Shown piece by piece: positions 55,994-64,000 of a DNA stretch of 64,000 nt. A model generated the notes under the pieces. That model ran no database searches and had not been told where the DNA came from. It was given only the letters and a program-made list of their open reading frames with translations. This DNA comes from an uncultured virus (IMG/VR IMGVR_UViG_3300027708_000036). Its lineage: Duplodnaviria > Heunggongvirae > Uroviricota > Caudoviricetes. The stretch is from the IMG/VR virus record IMGVR_UViG_3300027708_000036. One strand, 5' to 3'. The stretch's first letter is position 1. Each line of letters begins with the position of its first letter. A program made the position numbers and the translations under genes.

Positions 55994-56898
55994 AAATTGC
56001 AATATGTTCAGACGTCCATCTAGAATTCGGACAACTGGAATTAGAGAACACACAGAATGCTGAAGTCCTTATTTTATCTGGTGATATTTGTACTGCTGTT
56101 GACCTTAGGGTTACCGATAGTATTTTATCTTCTGCTAAAACTGATAGGTATCTTGAGTTTTTTACTGCTTGCTCTCGTAACTTTCCTCATGTGGTTTATG
56201 TTATGGGTAATCACGAACATTACCATGGTGACTATGCTACTTCTGCAAGCATTCTAAAAGATGCACTAAAGCATCTACCAAATATTCATGTTCTTGACAA
56301 AGAAGTATTCACTCTTGGAGATTATGTCTTTCTGGGTGGCACTCTTTGGACTGACATGAATGCCGAAGATGAAATGACTATGAATCATGTTTCTCGTCGT
56401 ATGAATGATTTTCAGATCTGTAAAAATAGTCTTAGGACTGTAAACTTCAGAACACAGGAACCAACTCTTGACGAGAATGGTGATCACAAGAAAGATGCTG
56501 AAGGTAAGCCAATGTATCATGCAGTCTTCAAGACTCGTGAAGCATACCTGTCTCCGCAGGATGCTGTGGAAGACCACAAAGCAATGTTGAAGTTTATTGA
56601 GACTAATTACAATATGACTCCTCCATGGATGACTACCATTGTAGTTGGGCATCATGCTCCAAGCAAACTTTCTGAGCATCCACGTTATAAAAAAGATCAA
56701 CTCATGAATGGTGCTTACAATTCCAAGTTAGATCAATTTATCATGGATCGTCCAGGAATTAAGTTGTGGACTCATGGTCATACTCATGAAGACTTTGACT
56801 ACATGATTAAGGGTTGTCGTGTTGTTTGTAATCCTCGTGGTTATATCAACTACGAAGATCGTGCAGATCGTTTTGAATTGAAATTCGTAGAGGTTTAA
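55990..56898 (+). CDS. calcineurin-like metallophosphoesterase
   Basis: SDVHLE, LSGDI, GNHEHY, TLWTD, HHAPS, HGHTH, CNPRGY. Confidence 0.9.
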   Translation: MKIAICSDVHLEFGQLELENTQNAEVLILSGDICTAVDLRVTDSILSSAKTDRYLEFFTACSRNFPHVVYVMGNHEHYHGDYATSASILKDALKHLPNIHVLDKEVFTLGDYVFLGGTLWTDMNAEDEMTMNHVSRRMNDFQICKNSLRTVNFRTQEPTLDENGDHKKDAEGKPMYHAVFKTREAYLSPQDAVEDHKAMLKFIETNYNMTPPWMTTIVVGHHAPSKLSEHPRYKKDQLMNGAYNSKLDQFIMDRPGIKLWTHGHTHEDFDYMIKGCRVVCNPRGYINYEDRADRFELKFVEV

Positions 56899-56899
56899 T

Positions 56900-57235
56900 A
56901 TGAGTGATTACACTCCAGACAGATGGATGATTGTTAAAATTACTGGACCAGTTGCATATCCAGTCCATAAAGTTTTTGCTTGTTGGTATGGTGGTTATCT
57001 TGGTTCAGATTCTTGGAAACTAAACAGTGGTATCACAAGAGCATATGAAGATGGTCATTGCTTCATGTTTGACGGAAACAGTGGTTCTACCTATGTTTGT
57101 CATAAGGCACATTATGGTGCTAGCAGTTATGGTTTTGGTGTTCTTGAGAATATGGTAACCAAAGCACTTGATAATGGTGTTACAATTGAAGTATTACCTG
57201 AAGAAACTAACTGGTTGGAGATTAACTATGAATAA
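56900..57235 (+). CDS. conserved phage hypothetical protein
   Basis: YTPDRW...WYGGYLGSDSWKLNSGI. Confidence 0.7.
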   Translation: MSDYTPDRWMIVKITGPVAYPVHKVFACWYGGYLGSDSWKLNSGITRAYEDGHCFMFDGNSGSTYVCHKAHYGASSYGFGVLENMVTKALDNGVTIEVLPEETNWLEINYE

Positions 57236-57428
57236 ACCTACGACATGGACAATTACAGTTGAGGAAGCAGACGATGGTAGTGGAGATTTAGTTCTTCCAC
57301 TCACCGATGAGATTATGGAATCTGCTGGTTGGCAGATTGGTGATACACTCGAGTGGATAGATAATAAGAATGGCACTTGGTCAATAAAGAAAATAGAAAA
57401 TGAACCATCAACTAATACCACTGAATGA
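57228..57428 (+). CDS. AbrB/MazE-like swapped-hairpin protein
   Basis: GDLVLPL.DEI....GW..GDTLEW. Confidence 0.65.
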   Translation: MNKPTTWTITVEEADDGSGDLVLPLTDEIMESAGWQIGDTLEWIDNKNGTWSIKKIENEPSTNTTE

Positions 57429-57542
57429 TAAAGAAGAAGCAATTCTTACTTTAATGCAACGTGTCAACGAACTTGAGTACGAAAACTCAAATTTGAAAGA
57501 TGAAATTAAACGACTACAATGGTCACTTATGGAGCAAGACTA

Positions 57543-57833
57543 ATGAAATATACTTTAATAGCTGAAGATGAGTTTGGTGGTTCAACAACCACTCGTGAGT
57601 TTACTGCAGATTATTTACCAGAAGTTCTGTCAGAAATTGAATTGTTTCTAAAAGGAGCAGGTTTTGTATTTGATGGTAATCTCGACTTTGTCAATGATTT
57701 CGAAACTGAGCCAGAATGGGAACCCGAAGAAGAGTGGAATACTGAAGAATGGTCTACACCAGAGTTATATGACGAACAAGATTTACCAATGGGTAAGTCA
57801 AAATACTATTTCGACACCGAAAGGAACAAATAA
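57543..57833 (+). CDS. hypothetical protein
   Basis: EF.A..L.EVL..IE.FLKGAGF. Confidence 0.6.
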   Translation: MKYTLIAEDEFGGSTTTREFTADYLPEVLSEIELFLKGAGFVFDGNLDFVNDFETEPEWEPEEEWNTEEWSTPELYDEQDLPMGKSKYYFDTERNK

Positions 57834-58198
57834 TGGGAATGCCACTTGATGTACTAATGTTTCAACAAGCATGTGATCAAAAACCATCACCTGAAAACGC
57901 TGCATTATACAGATCTCTCATGGAAGAAGAGTTCAAAGAGTTCGTTGATGCTCATTGGAATCATGATGATGTTGAAATGCTTGATGGTTGCATGGATTTA
58001 ATCTGGGTAACACTTGGATTTTGTCACATGAAGGGTTACGATGTTCAAAAAGCATGGGATGCAGTGCTTCGAAGCAACATGGCAAAGGTTGATCCCACTA
58101 CTCGCAAGGTTATTCGTCGTGAAGATGGTAAGATTTTGAAGCCAGAGGGCTGGACTCCACCTGATTTGAGCAAATTTACAAAAAAACACTTGCCTTAA
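57833..58198 (+). CDS. MazG-like / PRA-PH NTP pyrophosphohydrolase
   Basis: MEEEFKE, DGCMDLIWV, V.RSNMAK, REDGKILKPEGW.PPDL. Confidence 0.85.
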   Translation: MGMPLDVLMFQQACDQKPSPENAALYRSLMEEEFKEFVDAHWNHDDVEMLDGCMDLIWVTLGFCHMKGYDVQKAWDAVLRSNMAKVDPTTRKVIRREDGKILKPEGWTPPDLSKFTKKHLP

Positions 58199-58224
58199 AT
58201 TGATTTTTGAGGTATAATTACATT

Positions 58225-58749
58225 ATGATTACATTATACTTAGACATGGATGGTGTGCTTTGCAACTTTGACAAGGCATATCGTGCTATTGACCCTGATA
58301 AAGCAGACCGAAAGAAGTTTCGTGAGGCAGTTTTCATGCATAAAATCTTTGAAGACTTAGAATTTATGCATGATGCTCATGTTTTGCTTGATTATGTTGC
58401 TAAACTCAAGGATATCAACATTGAAATTCTTACTTCAATGGGCACTTATGACGAATTACAAGGTCATGAAGCAAAAACACAGAAGTTATACTGGTTACAC
58501 AAGCATAACATTCCTTACAAAGCCAATTTTGTTCGAGCAAAACAAGAAAAAGCCAATTTTGCGCATGATAGATCAATTTTAGTTGATGATTCTACTGGTT
58601 GTATTAATCCGTTTAATGTTAAAGGTGGTCATGGTATTCTCCACACAAAATCTTCTGATTCTATTCAACAAATTCATGATGTGATTCGTGGAATCAACGG
58701 ATTACATGCATTAAAATTTGGTTTTGACTCAATGGGATCTTATGCTTGA
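58225..58749 (+). CDS. HAD-family 5'(3')-deoxyribonucleotidase (leaderless)
   Basis: LDMDGVL, ILTS, LVDD; promoter TTGCCT-17-TATAAT at 58190-58218. Confidence 0.85.
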   Translation: MITLYLDMDGVLCNFDKAYRAIDPDKADRKKFREAVFMHKIFEDLEFMHDAHVLLDYVAKLKDINIEILTSMGTYDELQGHEAKTQKLYWLHKHNIPYKANFVRAKQEKANFAHDRSILVDDSTGCINPFNVKGGHGILHTKSSDSIQQIHDVIRGINGLHALKFGFDSMGSYA

Positions 58750-59032
58750 TATTTTTGGACCAACTTTACAATGGATACGTGATGACTACTCTTCTAATCG
58801 ACTTCGCTTTTTTGTTGAGCTCTGCGCTTGGGCTGTTAGTATTGGCTGTAGTATCACAATGGCAGTCACAGTCCCTAATCCTCCTCTTATTCTATTATAC
58901 CCTGTCTGGATTAGTGGTTGTGCTATGTATGCTTGGGCTAGTTGGACTAGGAAATCATTTGGCATGCTTGCTAACTACATCTTGCTTACTTCCATAGATA
59001 CATTTGGTTTAATAAGGATGCTTACTCAGTGA
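58742..59032 (+). CDS. small membrane protein
   Basis: Three hydrophobic helices. Confidence 0.6.
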   Translation: MLDIFGPTLQWIRDDYSSNRLRFFVELCAWAVSIGCSITMAVTVPNPPLILLYPVWISGCAMYAWASWTRKSFGMLANYILLTSIDTFGLIRMLTQ

Positions 59033-59640
59033 ATATATTTTATCTTCACGAAGATACTAAAGAATGCGCAAAACAACATCTTGACAAACATGTCGTTAAG
59101 ATGATTCTAGAATACGCACAACTTTTGTCTACTGCTCATCGTCTTCTTGACGGATATGAGTATGAAGGTAAGTCTATTTCTGGTCGCAAAGCAATGCGAT
59201 GGAAATTAGATGATGAACGTGAAGATAATTTATATCTTGCGTCACATATGAAACATCCATCAGGCATCTGGTGTCGTGAAACTTCTCGCAACTATATGTG
59301 GTTGTACTCTTTGTGGCGAGATCTCATGAAAGAATATACTTTCCGCTATGGCAAACACCATGTTGCTGAAAGATTAATTCCTTTTCTTGATACTTTACCA
59401 ACAAACATAAAATTTGATGGTATGACTCCAATGCCACAGTGTATGCCTGAAGATTATAAAGTTCCGACTGATTCTATACAAGCATATCACAATTATTACA
59501 TTAATGACAAACAACCATTTGCTGTTTGGACAAATAGACCAATCCCAGAGTGGTATGTTTGTGAGTGGAAAGATAGAAATCACAAAGCAGTGTATCAAAA
59601 ACAAAACGATAAAATAAAATTTAGAATGGTTCCCGCATAA
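59029..59640 (+). CDS. pyrimidine dimer DNA glycosylase-like protein
   Basis: MNIFYL, DKHVVKMILEYAQLLSTAH, HPS.IW, EY..RYGK.H, PQCMP. Confidence 0.78.
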   Translation: MNIFYLHEDTKECAKQHLDKHVVKMILEYAQLLSTAHRLLDGYEYEGKSISGRKAMRWKLDDEREDNLYLASHMKHPSGIWCRETSRNYMWLYSLWRDLMKEYTFRYGKHHVAERLIPFLDTLPTNIKFDGMTPMPQCMPEDYKVPTDSIQAYHNYYINDKQPFAVWTNRPIPEWYVCEWKDRNHKAVYQKQNDKIKFRMVPA

Positions 59641-60287
59641 TGAGTTTAAATACATTTAATAATTACGGATTTATTGAACATATCTTTACTGATAAAGAAT
59701 TACAACCAATTCGTGATGAAATTGATGAAATTCAAGCAGACTTTGACATGCATCAACCACAGCAATGGAATACTCGTCTCAGTGGCAACCTAAAAAGAGA
59801 ATTTGCACTGCCAAAATCAATGAAACATGCAGAAACACTAATTTTACCACAAGTTGAAGAGTATGTTGAGTTTTTCAACTTTCTTAAAGACTCATTTCTC
59901 ACAAGAGACGAAGTAGAGTTTAGTTTGAACTCACTTTGGGTGAATTTTCAAGCAAAAAATGAGTTTAACCCACTTCATAATCATGATGGGTTCATGTCTT
60001 TCGTTATCTACACGAAAGTTCCATTTAAAATGAGAGATGAGTTGGCTGCATCTCCAGGAATTAACTCAAATAACAATGTTCCAGGTCATTTCCAGTTTTC
60101 TTACACTGGAATTCTTGGTGGCATCAGTAATCACTATGTTCCTGTTGATGAAAGTTACGAAAACACCATGATGTTGTTCCCTTCCAAGTTAATGCACTGT
60201 GTTTATCCATTTTTTACCTCTGACGAATACAGAATTTCCGTTGCTGGCAATGTTTACTGTAATAGAAAGAATTCCGCCACTAAATAG
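59640..60287 (+). CDS. 2OG-Fe(II) oxygenase
   Basis: WVNFQ...FNPLHNH, FPS.LMHCVYPF, RISVAGN. Confidence 0.85.
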   Translation: MSLNTFNNYGFIEHIFTDKELQPIRDEIDEIQADFDMHQPQQWNTRLSGNLKREFALPKSMKHAETLILPQVEEYVEFFNFLKDSFLTRDEVEFSLNSLWVNFQAKNEFNPLHNHDGFMSFVIYTKVPFKMRDELAASPGINSNNNVPGHFQFSYTGILGGISNHYVPVDESYENTMMLFPSKLMHCVYPFFTSDEYRISVAGNVYCNRKNSATK

Positions 60288-60304
60288 AGTTGTGAGGAGA
60301 CATT

Positions 60305-60547
60305 ATGCCAACATATAGTTTTAGAAATAGAGAAACAGGCGAAATTCATGATGAGATCATGCGCATTGCTGCTCGTGATCAATATCTACTAGACAATCCC
60401 CATTTGGAATCTATTATTACAAGTGCACCTGCATTTGCTGGGGATCATATCACCATTAAAAAAGATACAGGTTTTAAGGAGGTGCTACAAAGAATCCATT
60501 CTCTAACTCCAGGAAGTCAATTAGATAAAACATCATCCCAAATTTAA
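60305..60547 (+). CDS. FmdB-like small protein
   Basis: MPTYSF...TGE...YL.DNPH...GFKEVL; upstream of phoH as in T4-like phages. Confidence 0.65.
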   Translation: MPTYSFRNRETGEIHDEIMRIAARDQYLLDNPHLESIITSAPAFAGDHITIKKDTGFKEVLQRIHSLTPGSQLDKTSSQI

Positions 60548-60556
60548 GGAATTTCA

Positions 60557-61324
60557 ATGGCTCGTGCATCAGCTGCTAAAAAAGTAATAGACATCAATAA
60601 TAATGAAGAGCGTGAAACGAAACCAATTGCCAGTAATCAATTAAGAATCCGATTAGACAACTTAAAGACATTCCAACCATTAACAGACAATCAGAAGAAA
60701 TTCTTTGACGCATACAAGCGTGGTGATTATTTTGTGGCACTTCATGGTGTCGCTGGAACAGGTAAAACATTCATTGCTCTTTATAAAGCAATCGAAGAAG
60801 TCCTTGATAAAGCAAATCCATTCAATAAGATTATTGTAGTTCGTTCTGCAGTTCAATCTCGTGAGATTGGTCATCTTCCAGGAGATGTAAATGAGAAAAT
60901 GGAAATCTATCAACAACCATATCGTCAAATCTGCGAGACACTATTCGGTCGCAAAGACGCATGGGATAGATTAGAAGAACAGCACCACATTGAGTTTATC
61001 TCTACCTCATTTATTCGTGGTATGTCTTTTGATAATGCAATCATTATCGTGGACGAGATGCAAAACTTGACCTTTGAAGAAATCGACACAGTTATGACTC
61101 GTGTTGGTCATATGTCAAAGATTATCTGGTGTGGAGATTACCGTCAGACTGACCTAAATAAGAAAAAGAACGATATGTCTGGTATTCTAAAATTCTTTGA
61201 TATTGCCATGCATATGGGTGCTTTCACTAAGATTGAATTCACTCCTGATGACATCGTTCGATCGTCTTTGGTTAAAGATTATATCCTTGCCAAACTAAAA
61301 ATAGAAGACATGGAGAACAAATGA
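60557..61324 (+). CDS. phoH: PhoH-like ATPase
   Basis: GVAGTGKT, IGHLPG, FIRGMSF, DEMQN, GDYRQTD, DIVRS. Confidence 0.94.
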   Translation: MARASAAKKVIDINNNEERETKPIASNQLRIRLDNLKTFQPLTDNQKKFFDAYKRGDYFVALHGVAGTGKTFIALYKAIEEVLDKANPFNKIIVVRSAVQSREIGHLPGDVNEKMEIYQQPYRQICETLFGRKDAWDRLEEQHHIEFISTSFIRGMSFDNAIIIVDEMQNLTFEEIDTVMTRVGHMSKIIWCGDYRQTDLNKKKNDMSGILKFFDIAMHMGAFTKIEFTPDDIVRSSLVKDYILAKLKIEDMENK

Positions 61325-61941
61325 TTACAGCAGAACAATTTGCACACTTATTTCCAAGAGCACAAGACCCAGCGTCTTGGGCAGAGTCAATGAACAACGT
61401 ATTTCCTACATATGAGATTGATACACCACATCGTGTTGCAGCATTCCTTGCACAGTGTGGTCATGAGTCAGGTGGTTGGACAGTATTCGAAGAAAACCTA
61501 AACTATTCCGCACAAGGATTGAATGGTATCTTTAAGAAGTATTTTCCTACAATCGAATCAGCTACTCCGTATGCTCGCAAGCCAGAGTTGATTGCCAACA
61601 AGATTTATGCAAATCGTATGGGTAATGGTACACCAGAAAGTGGTGATGGATATAAGTATCGTGGTCGTGGACCAATTCAGCTGACTGGAAAAGATAACTA
61701 CAGAGCATTTGCCAAGGATATGTTTGACGACTGGGAAAATCTATTTGAGAATCCAGACTGGGTTACATCGGATCGTGACTTTGCTCTTATGTCAGCAATT
61801 TGGTTCTGGAATAAAAACAAGTTGAATGTTCAGGCAGATGCTGGTGACATTAAACTAATGACTAAAAAGATTAATGGTGGTTACATCGGCTTGGAAGATC
61901 GTATCAAACACTACAATGAAGCAATACACTTACTTGTATAA
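61321..61941 (+). CDS. GH19 endolysin
   Basis: FLAQCGHESGG, ENLNYS, YRGRGPIQLTG.DNY, INGG.IGLEDR. Confidence 0.92.
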   Translation: MITAEQFAHLFPRAQDPASWAESMNNVFPTYEIDTPHRVAAFLAQCGHESGGWTVFEENLNYSAQGLNGIFKKYFPTIESATPYARKPELIANKIYANRMGNGTPESGDGYKYRGRGPIQLTGKDNYRAFAKDMFDDWENLFENPDWVTSDRDFALMSAIWFWNKNKLNVQADAGDIKLMTKKINGGYIGLEDRIKHYNEAIHLLV

Positions 61942-62071
61942 CTAGGAGAAATAAAATGTTAGACACTCTATTTTGGATAGCACTTGGTGCATTTGTTGGT
62001 TGGAATTTTCCACAACCTTTCTGGGCAAAAATTATTCAAGAAAAAATTCAATCGATGATTGCTAAAAAGTA

Positions 62072-62455
62072 ATGGCTTATTCCGATAAAGTTATCGACCA
62101 CTATGAGAATCCACGTAATGTGGGTTCTTTGGATAAAAACGATCCATCGGTTGGTACTGGAATGGTTGGTGCACCTGCGTGTGGTGACGTGATGAAGTTG
62201 CAGATTAAAGTTGAAGATGGAATTATTACCGATGCAAAATTCAAAACATATGGATGTGGATCTGCTATTGCAAGTTCCTCTCTTGTTACCGAATGGGTTA
62301 AAGGCAAGACATTGGAGCAAGCAGCAGTTATTAAAAATTCAGACATTGCTCAAGAACTCGCATTGCCCCCAGTCAAAATCCATTGTAGCATCCTTGCTGA
62401 AGATGCCATCAAAGCAGCAATAAACGACTATCAACTAAAGTGTGCGTGCGTATGA
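62072..62455 (+). CDS. iscU: Fe-S cluster scaffold IscU
   Basis: [41 protein letters not shown]. Confidence 0.96.
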   Translation: MAYSDKVIDHYENPRNVGSLDKNDPSVGTGMVGAPACGDVMKLQIKVEDGIITDAKFKTYGCGSAIASSSLVTEWVKGKTLEQAAVIKNSDIAQELALPPVKIHCSILAEDAIKAAINDYQLKCACV

Positions 62456-62763
62456 TTACCGTAACAGAATCCGCAAAGAAACAACTCGATGAGATCCTAA
62501 TGGATGATGTATCGATGAAATATGTAAGAGCATTCATCACTGGTGGTGGTTGCTCTGGTTTTAATTATGGGTTTACACTTGAAGCAGATAAAGAAGAAGA
62601 TGACTTCGTTATTGACAATCTTGTAGTTGATGCCATGAGTATGCAGTATTTTGACAACGCTACTATAGATTTTACTAGTGATAAATTAAAAGGATCTCAA
62701 TTTGTTATATCAAACCCAAACGCAAAATCAACCTGTGGATGTGGAAGCAGTTTCTCAGTCTAA
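62452..62763 (+). CDS. A-type Fe-S carrier (IscA/ErpA/HesB family)
   Basis: [19 protein letters not shown]. Confidence 0.93.
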   Translation: MITVTESAKKQLDEILMDDVSMKYVRAFITGGGCSGFNYGFTLEADKEEDDFVIDNLVVDAMSMQYFDNATIDFTSDKLKGSQFVISNPNAKSTCGCGSSFSV

Positions 62764-62764
62764 A

Positions 62765-63418
62765 GTGAAAACATTTATACATCATGATTTCGGCAAACTT
62801 GAACGTGACACAAAACCCGATGGTACAAGGTTATATAAAACCCCATCGGGTAAATCCTATCCCTCCGTTACGACAGTTACAGGATTGCACTCAGCAAAGG
62901 GAATCCTGGAGTGGCGAAAAAGAGTCGGAGAAGCAGAAGCAAACCGAGTCTCCGCAAAAGCCAGTTCCAGAGGTACAAGAATCCATCAACACTGTGAAGA
63001 CTTTCTCCTTGGAGAGCATGTTGAGCCAGATATGTTTGATGCAGAGATGTTCAACTCAATCCGACCACTCCTCGACCAAATCGACAACATCCACTGCTTG
63101 GAGACTCCACTATGGTCTGACCATTTACAAGTCGCAGGAACAGTTGACTGTATCGCAGAGTTCCAAGGTAAACTTTCGGTTATAGATTTTAAGACATCTA
63201 GTAAACCAAAAGATAGAGATGATATCCATAACTACTTTATGCAGACTGCAGCATATGCAGTAGCATTTGAAGAACGAACTGGTATTCCTATTGGAAGACT
63301 TGTAATTATTATGGCAGTTGATAGTGACGATCCAAGATGGTTTATCGAGAAACGAGACAATTGGATTGGTGGTTTTAAAAAACTGCGATTAGACTATAAG
63401 AATTTAAAAAACATTTGA
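62765..63418 (+). CDS. PD-(D/E)XK exonuclease of T4-like phages
   Basis: YPSVTTV, RGT.IH, AGTVDC, IDFKTS, Q.AAYA. Confidence 0.85.
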   Translation: MKTFIHHDFGKLERDTKPDGTRLYKTPSGKSYPSVTTVTGLHSAKGILEWRKRVGEAEANRVSAKASSRGTRIHQHCEDFLLGEHVEPDMFDAEMFNSIRPLLDQIDNIHCLETPLWSDHLQVAGTVDCIAEFQGKLSVIDFKTSSKPKDRDDIHNYFMQTAAYAVAFEERTGIPIGRLVIIMAVDSDDPRWFIEKRDNWIGGFKKLRLDYKNLKNI

Positions 63419-63443
63419 CTTGTAACTAAATACAAGGTATAAT
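63415..63443 (+). promoter_or_regulatory. sigma70-type promoter for tmRNA
   Basis: TTGACT-17-TATAAT. Confidence 0.8.
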
Positions 63444-63449
63444 GTAGGT

Positions 63450-63741
63450 TATTGCTGTATGAAGCAAAGAGAAAAGTGTTCTGGACGGGAGTTCGATTCT
63501 CCCCACCTCCACCAGAAGTGCATGTGTTAGATGAAAGAAACCATTTTATGGGCTCTAATGGGTGTACTTCTGATGGGGGTGACTAGGTTTCGACAGGGCA
63601 ACAAGTACACAAGTGGACAGCACGACACAGAGAGTCGTAAAAAGTAAAAAACCGTAAACGCAAACGACGCACAGTTCGCATTAGCAGCCTAAACACTGCT
63701 TAGGGTTTCGATAGGTTTCCTCGTAACAGAATAACCTATCA
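63450..63741 (+). ncRNA. ssrA: circularly permuted (two-piece) tmRNA
   Basis: The T-arm and CACCTCC-A-CCA 3' end (to 63514) precede the GGGGGTG-AC-TAGG-TTTCGAC 5' end (from 63575); G3:U70; tag ORF 63660-63692 encodes ANDAQFALAA*. Confidence 0.92.
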
Positions 63742-63764
63742 CATTATTTTAAAAAGGGAATTAC

Positions 63765-64000
63765 ATGAAAAAAGTTATTTTAGTAACAGCATTAATGGCA
63801 TCGATGGGTGCACAAGCAGTTGAACTAGGTATTAATGCAAGTCGTGATACTGCCAATACAGATCGTACTGGTTATGGTATTACAATTGGACAGAAGTATG
63901 ACAAAGTAGGCATTACAGCTGGCTTTGATCAATACAAATCTGGAATTGATATGAACAAGTATAGTTTAGTTGCTTCTTATGATGTTACCAAAGTTGGTGC
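63765..64000 (+). CDS. outer-membrane beta-barrel protein (partial)
   Basis: Signal peptide MKKVILVTALMASMGAQA followed by alternating amphipathic beta-strands; runs off the window. Confidence 0.65.
   Translation, partial: MKKVILVTALMASMGAQAVELGINASRDTANTDRTGYGITIGQKYDKVGITAGFDQYKSGIDMNKYSLVASYDVTKVG

Noticed and set aside
62765..63418. Possible Cas4 / CRISPR system
   Set aside because: No Fe-S cysteine cluster, no other cas genes and no repeat-spacer array seen; it is the usual T4-like PD-(D/E)XK exonuclease.

Overview
A 64 kb segment of a large, AT-rich, T4-like (myovirus-type) dsDNA bacteriophage. Essentially all genes are on the + strand and use the standard genetic code. The IscU sequence and the tmRNA tag ANDAQFALAA point to a proteobacterial, probably betaproteobacterial, host (inference). 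Replication and nucleotide genes include trx, uvsX, gp40, gp41, gp61, thyX, nrdAB, RNase H, dsbA and dCMP deaminase. There is a putative post-replicative thymidine-hypermodification cluster (TET/JBP dioxygenase, class II amidotransferase, GNAT, amino acid:DNA transferase, P-loop kinase) and a block of probable capsid-internal proteins. Lysis genes and auxiliary metabolic genes are present (Dps, desaturase, PlcP-like plus GT4, PhoH, IscU, IscA). The RNA genes are a 28-tRNA array covering all 20 amino acids, several unannotated structured ncRNAs within it, and a circularly permuted (two-piece) tmRNA. The most striking observation is directly upstream of the tRNA array. A leaderless 39-codon ORF samples 19 amino acids and 33 different codons, and its 3' end forms an antiterminator that is mutually exclusive with an intrinsic terminator, followed by an rrn-type boxA. 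This looks like a ribosome-stalling attenuator that turns on the phage tRNA array when host tRNAs are depleted. All assignments come from motif recognition and manual base-pairing; no searches or folding programs were run.
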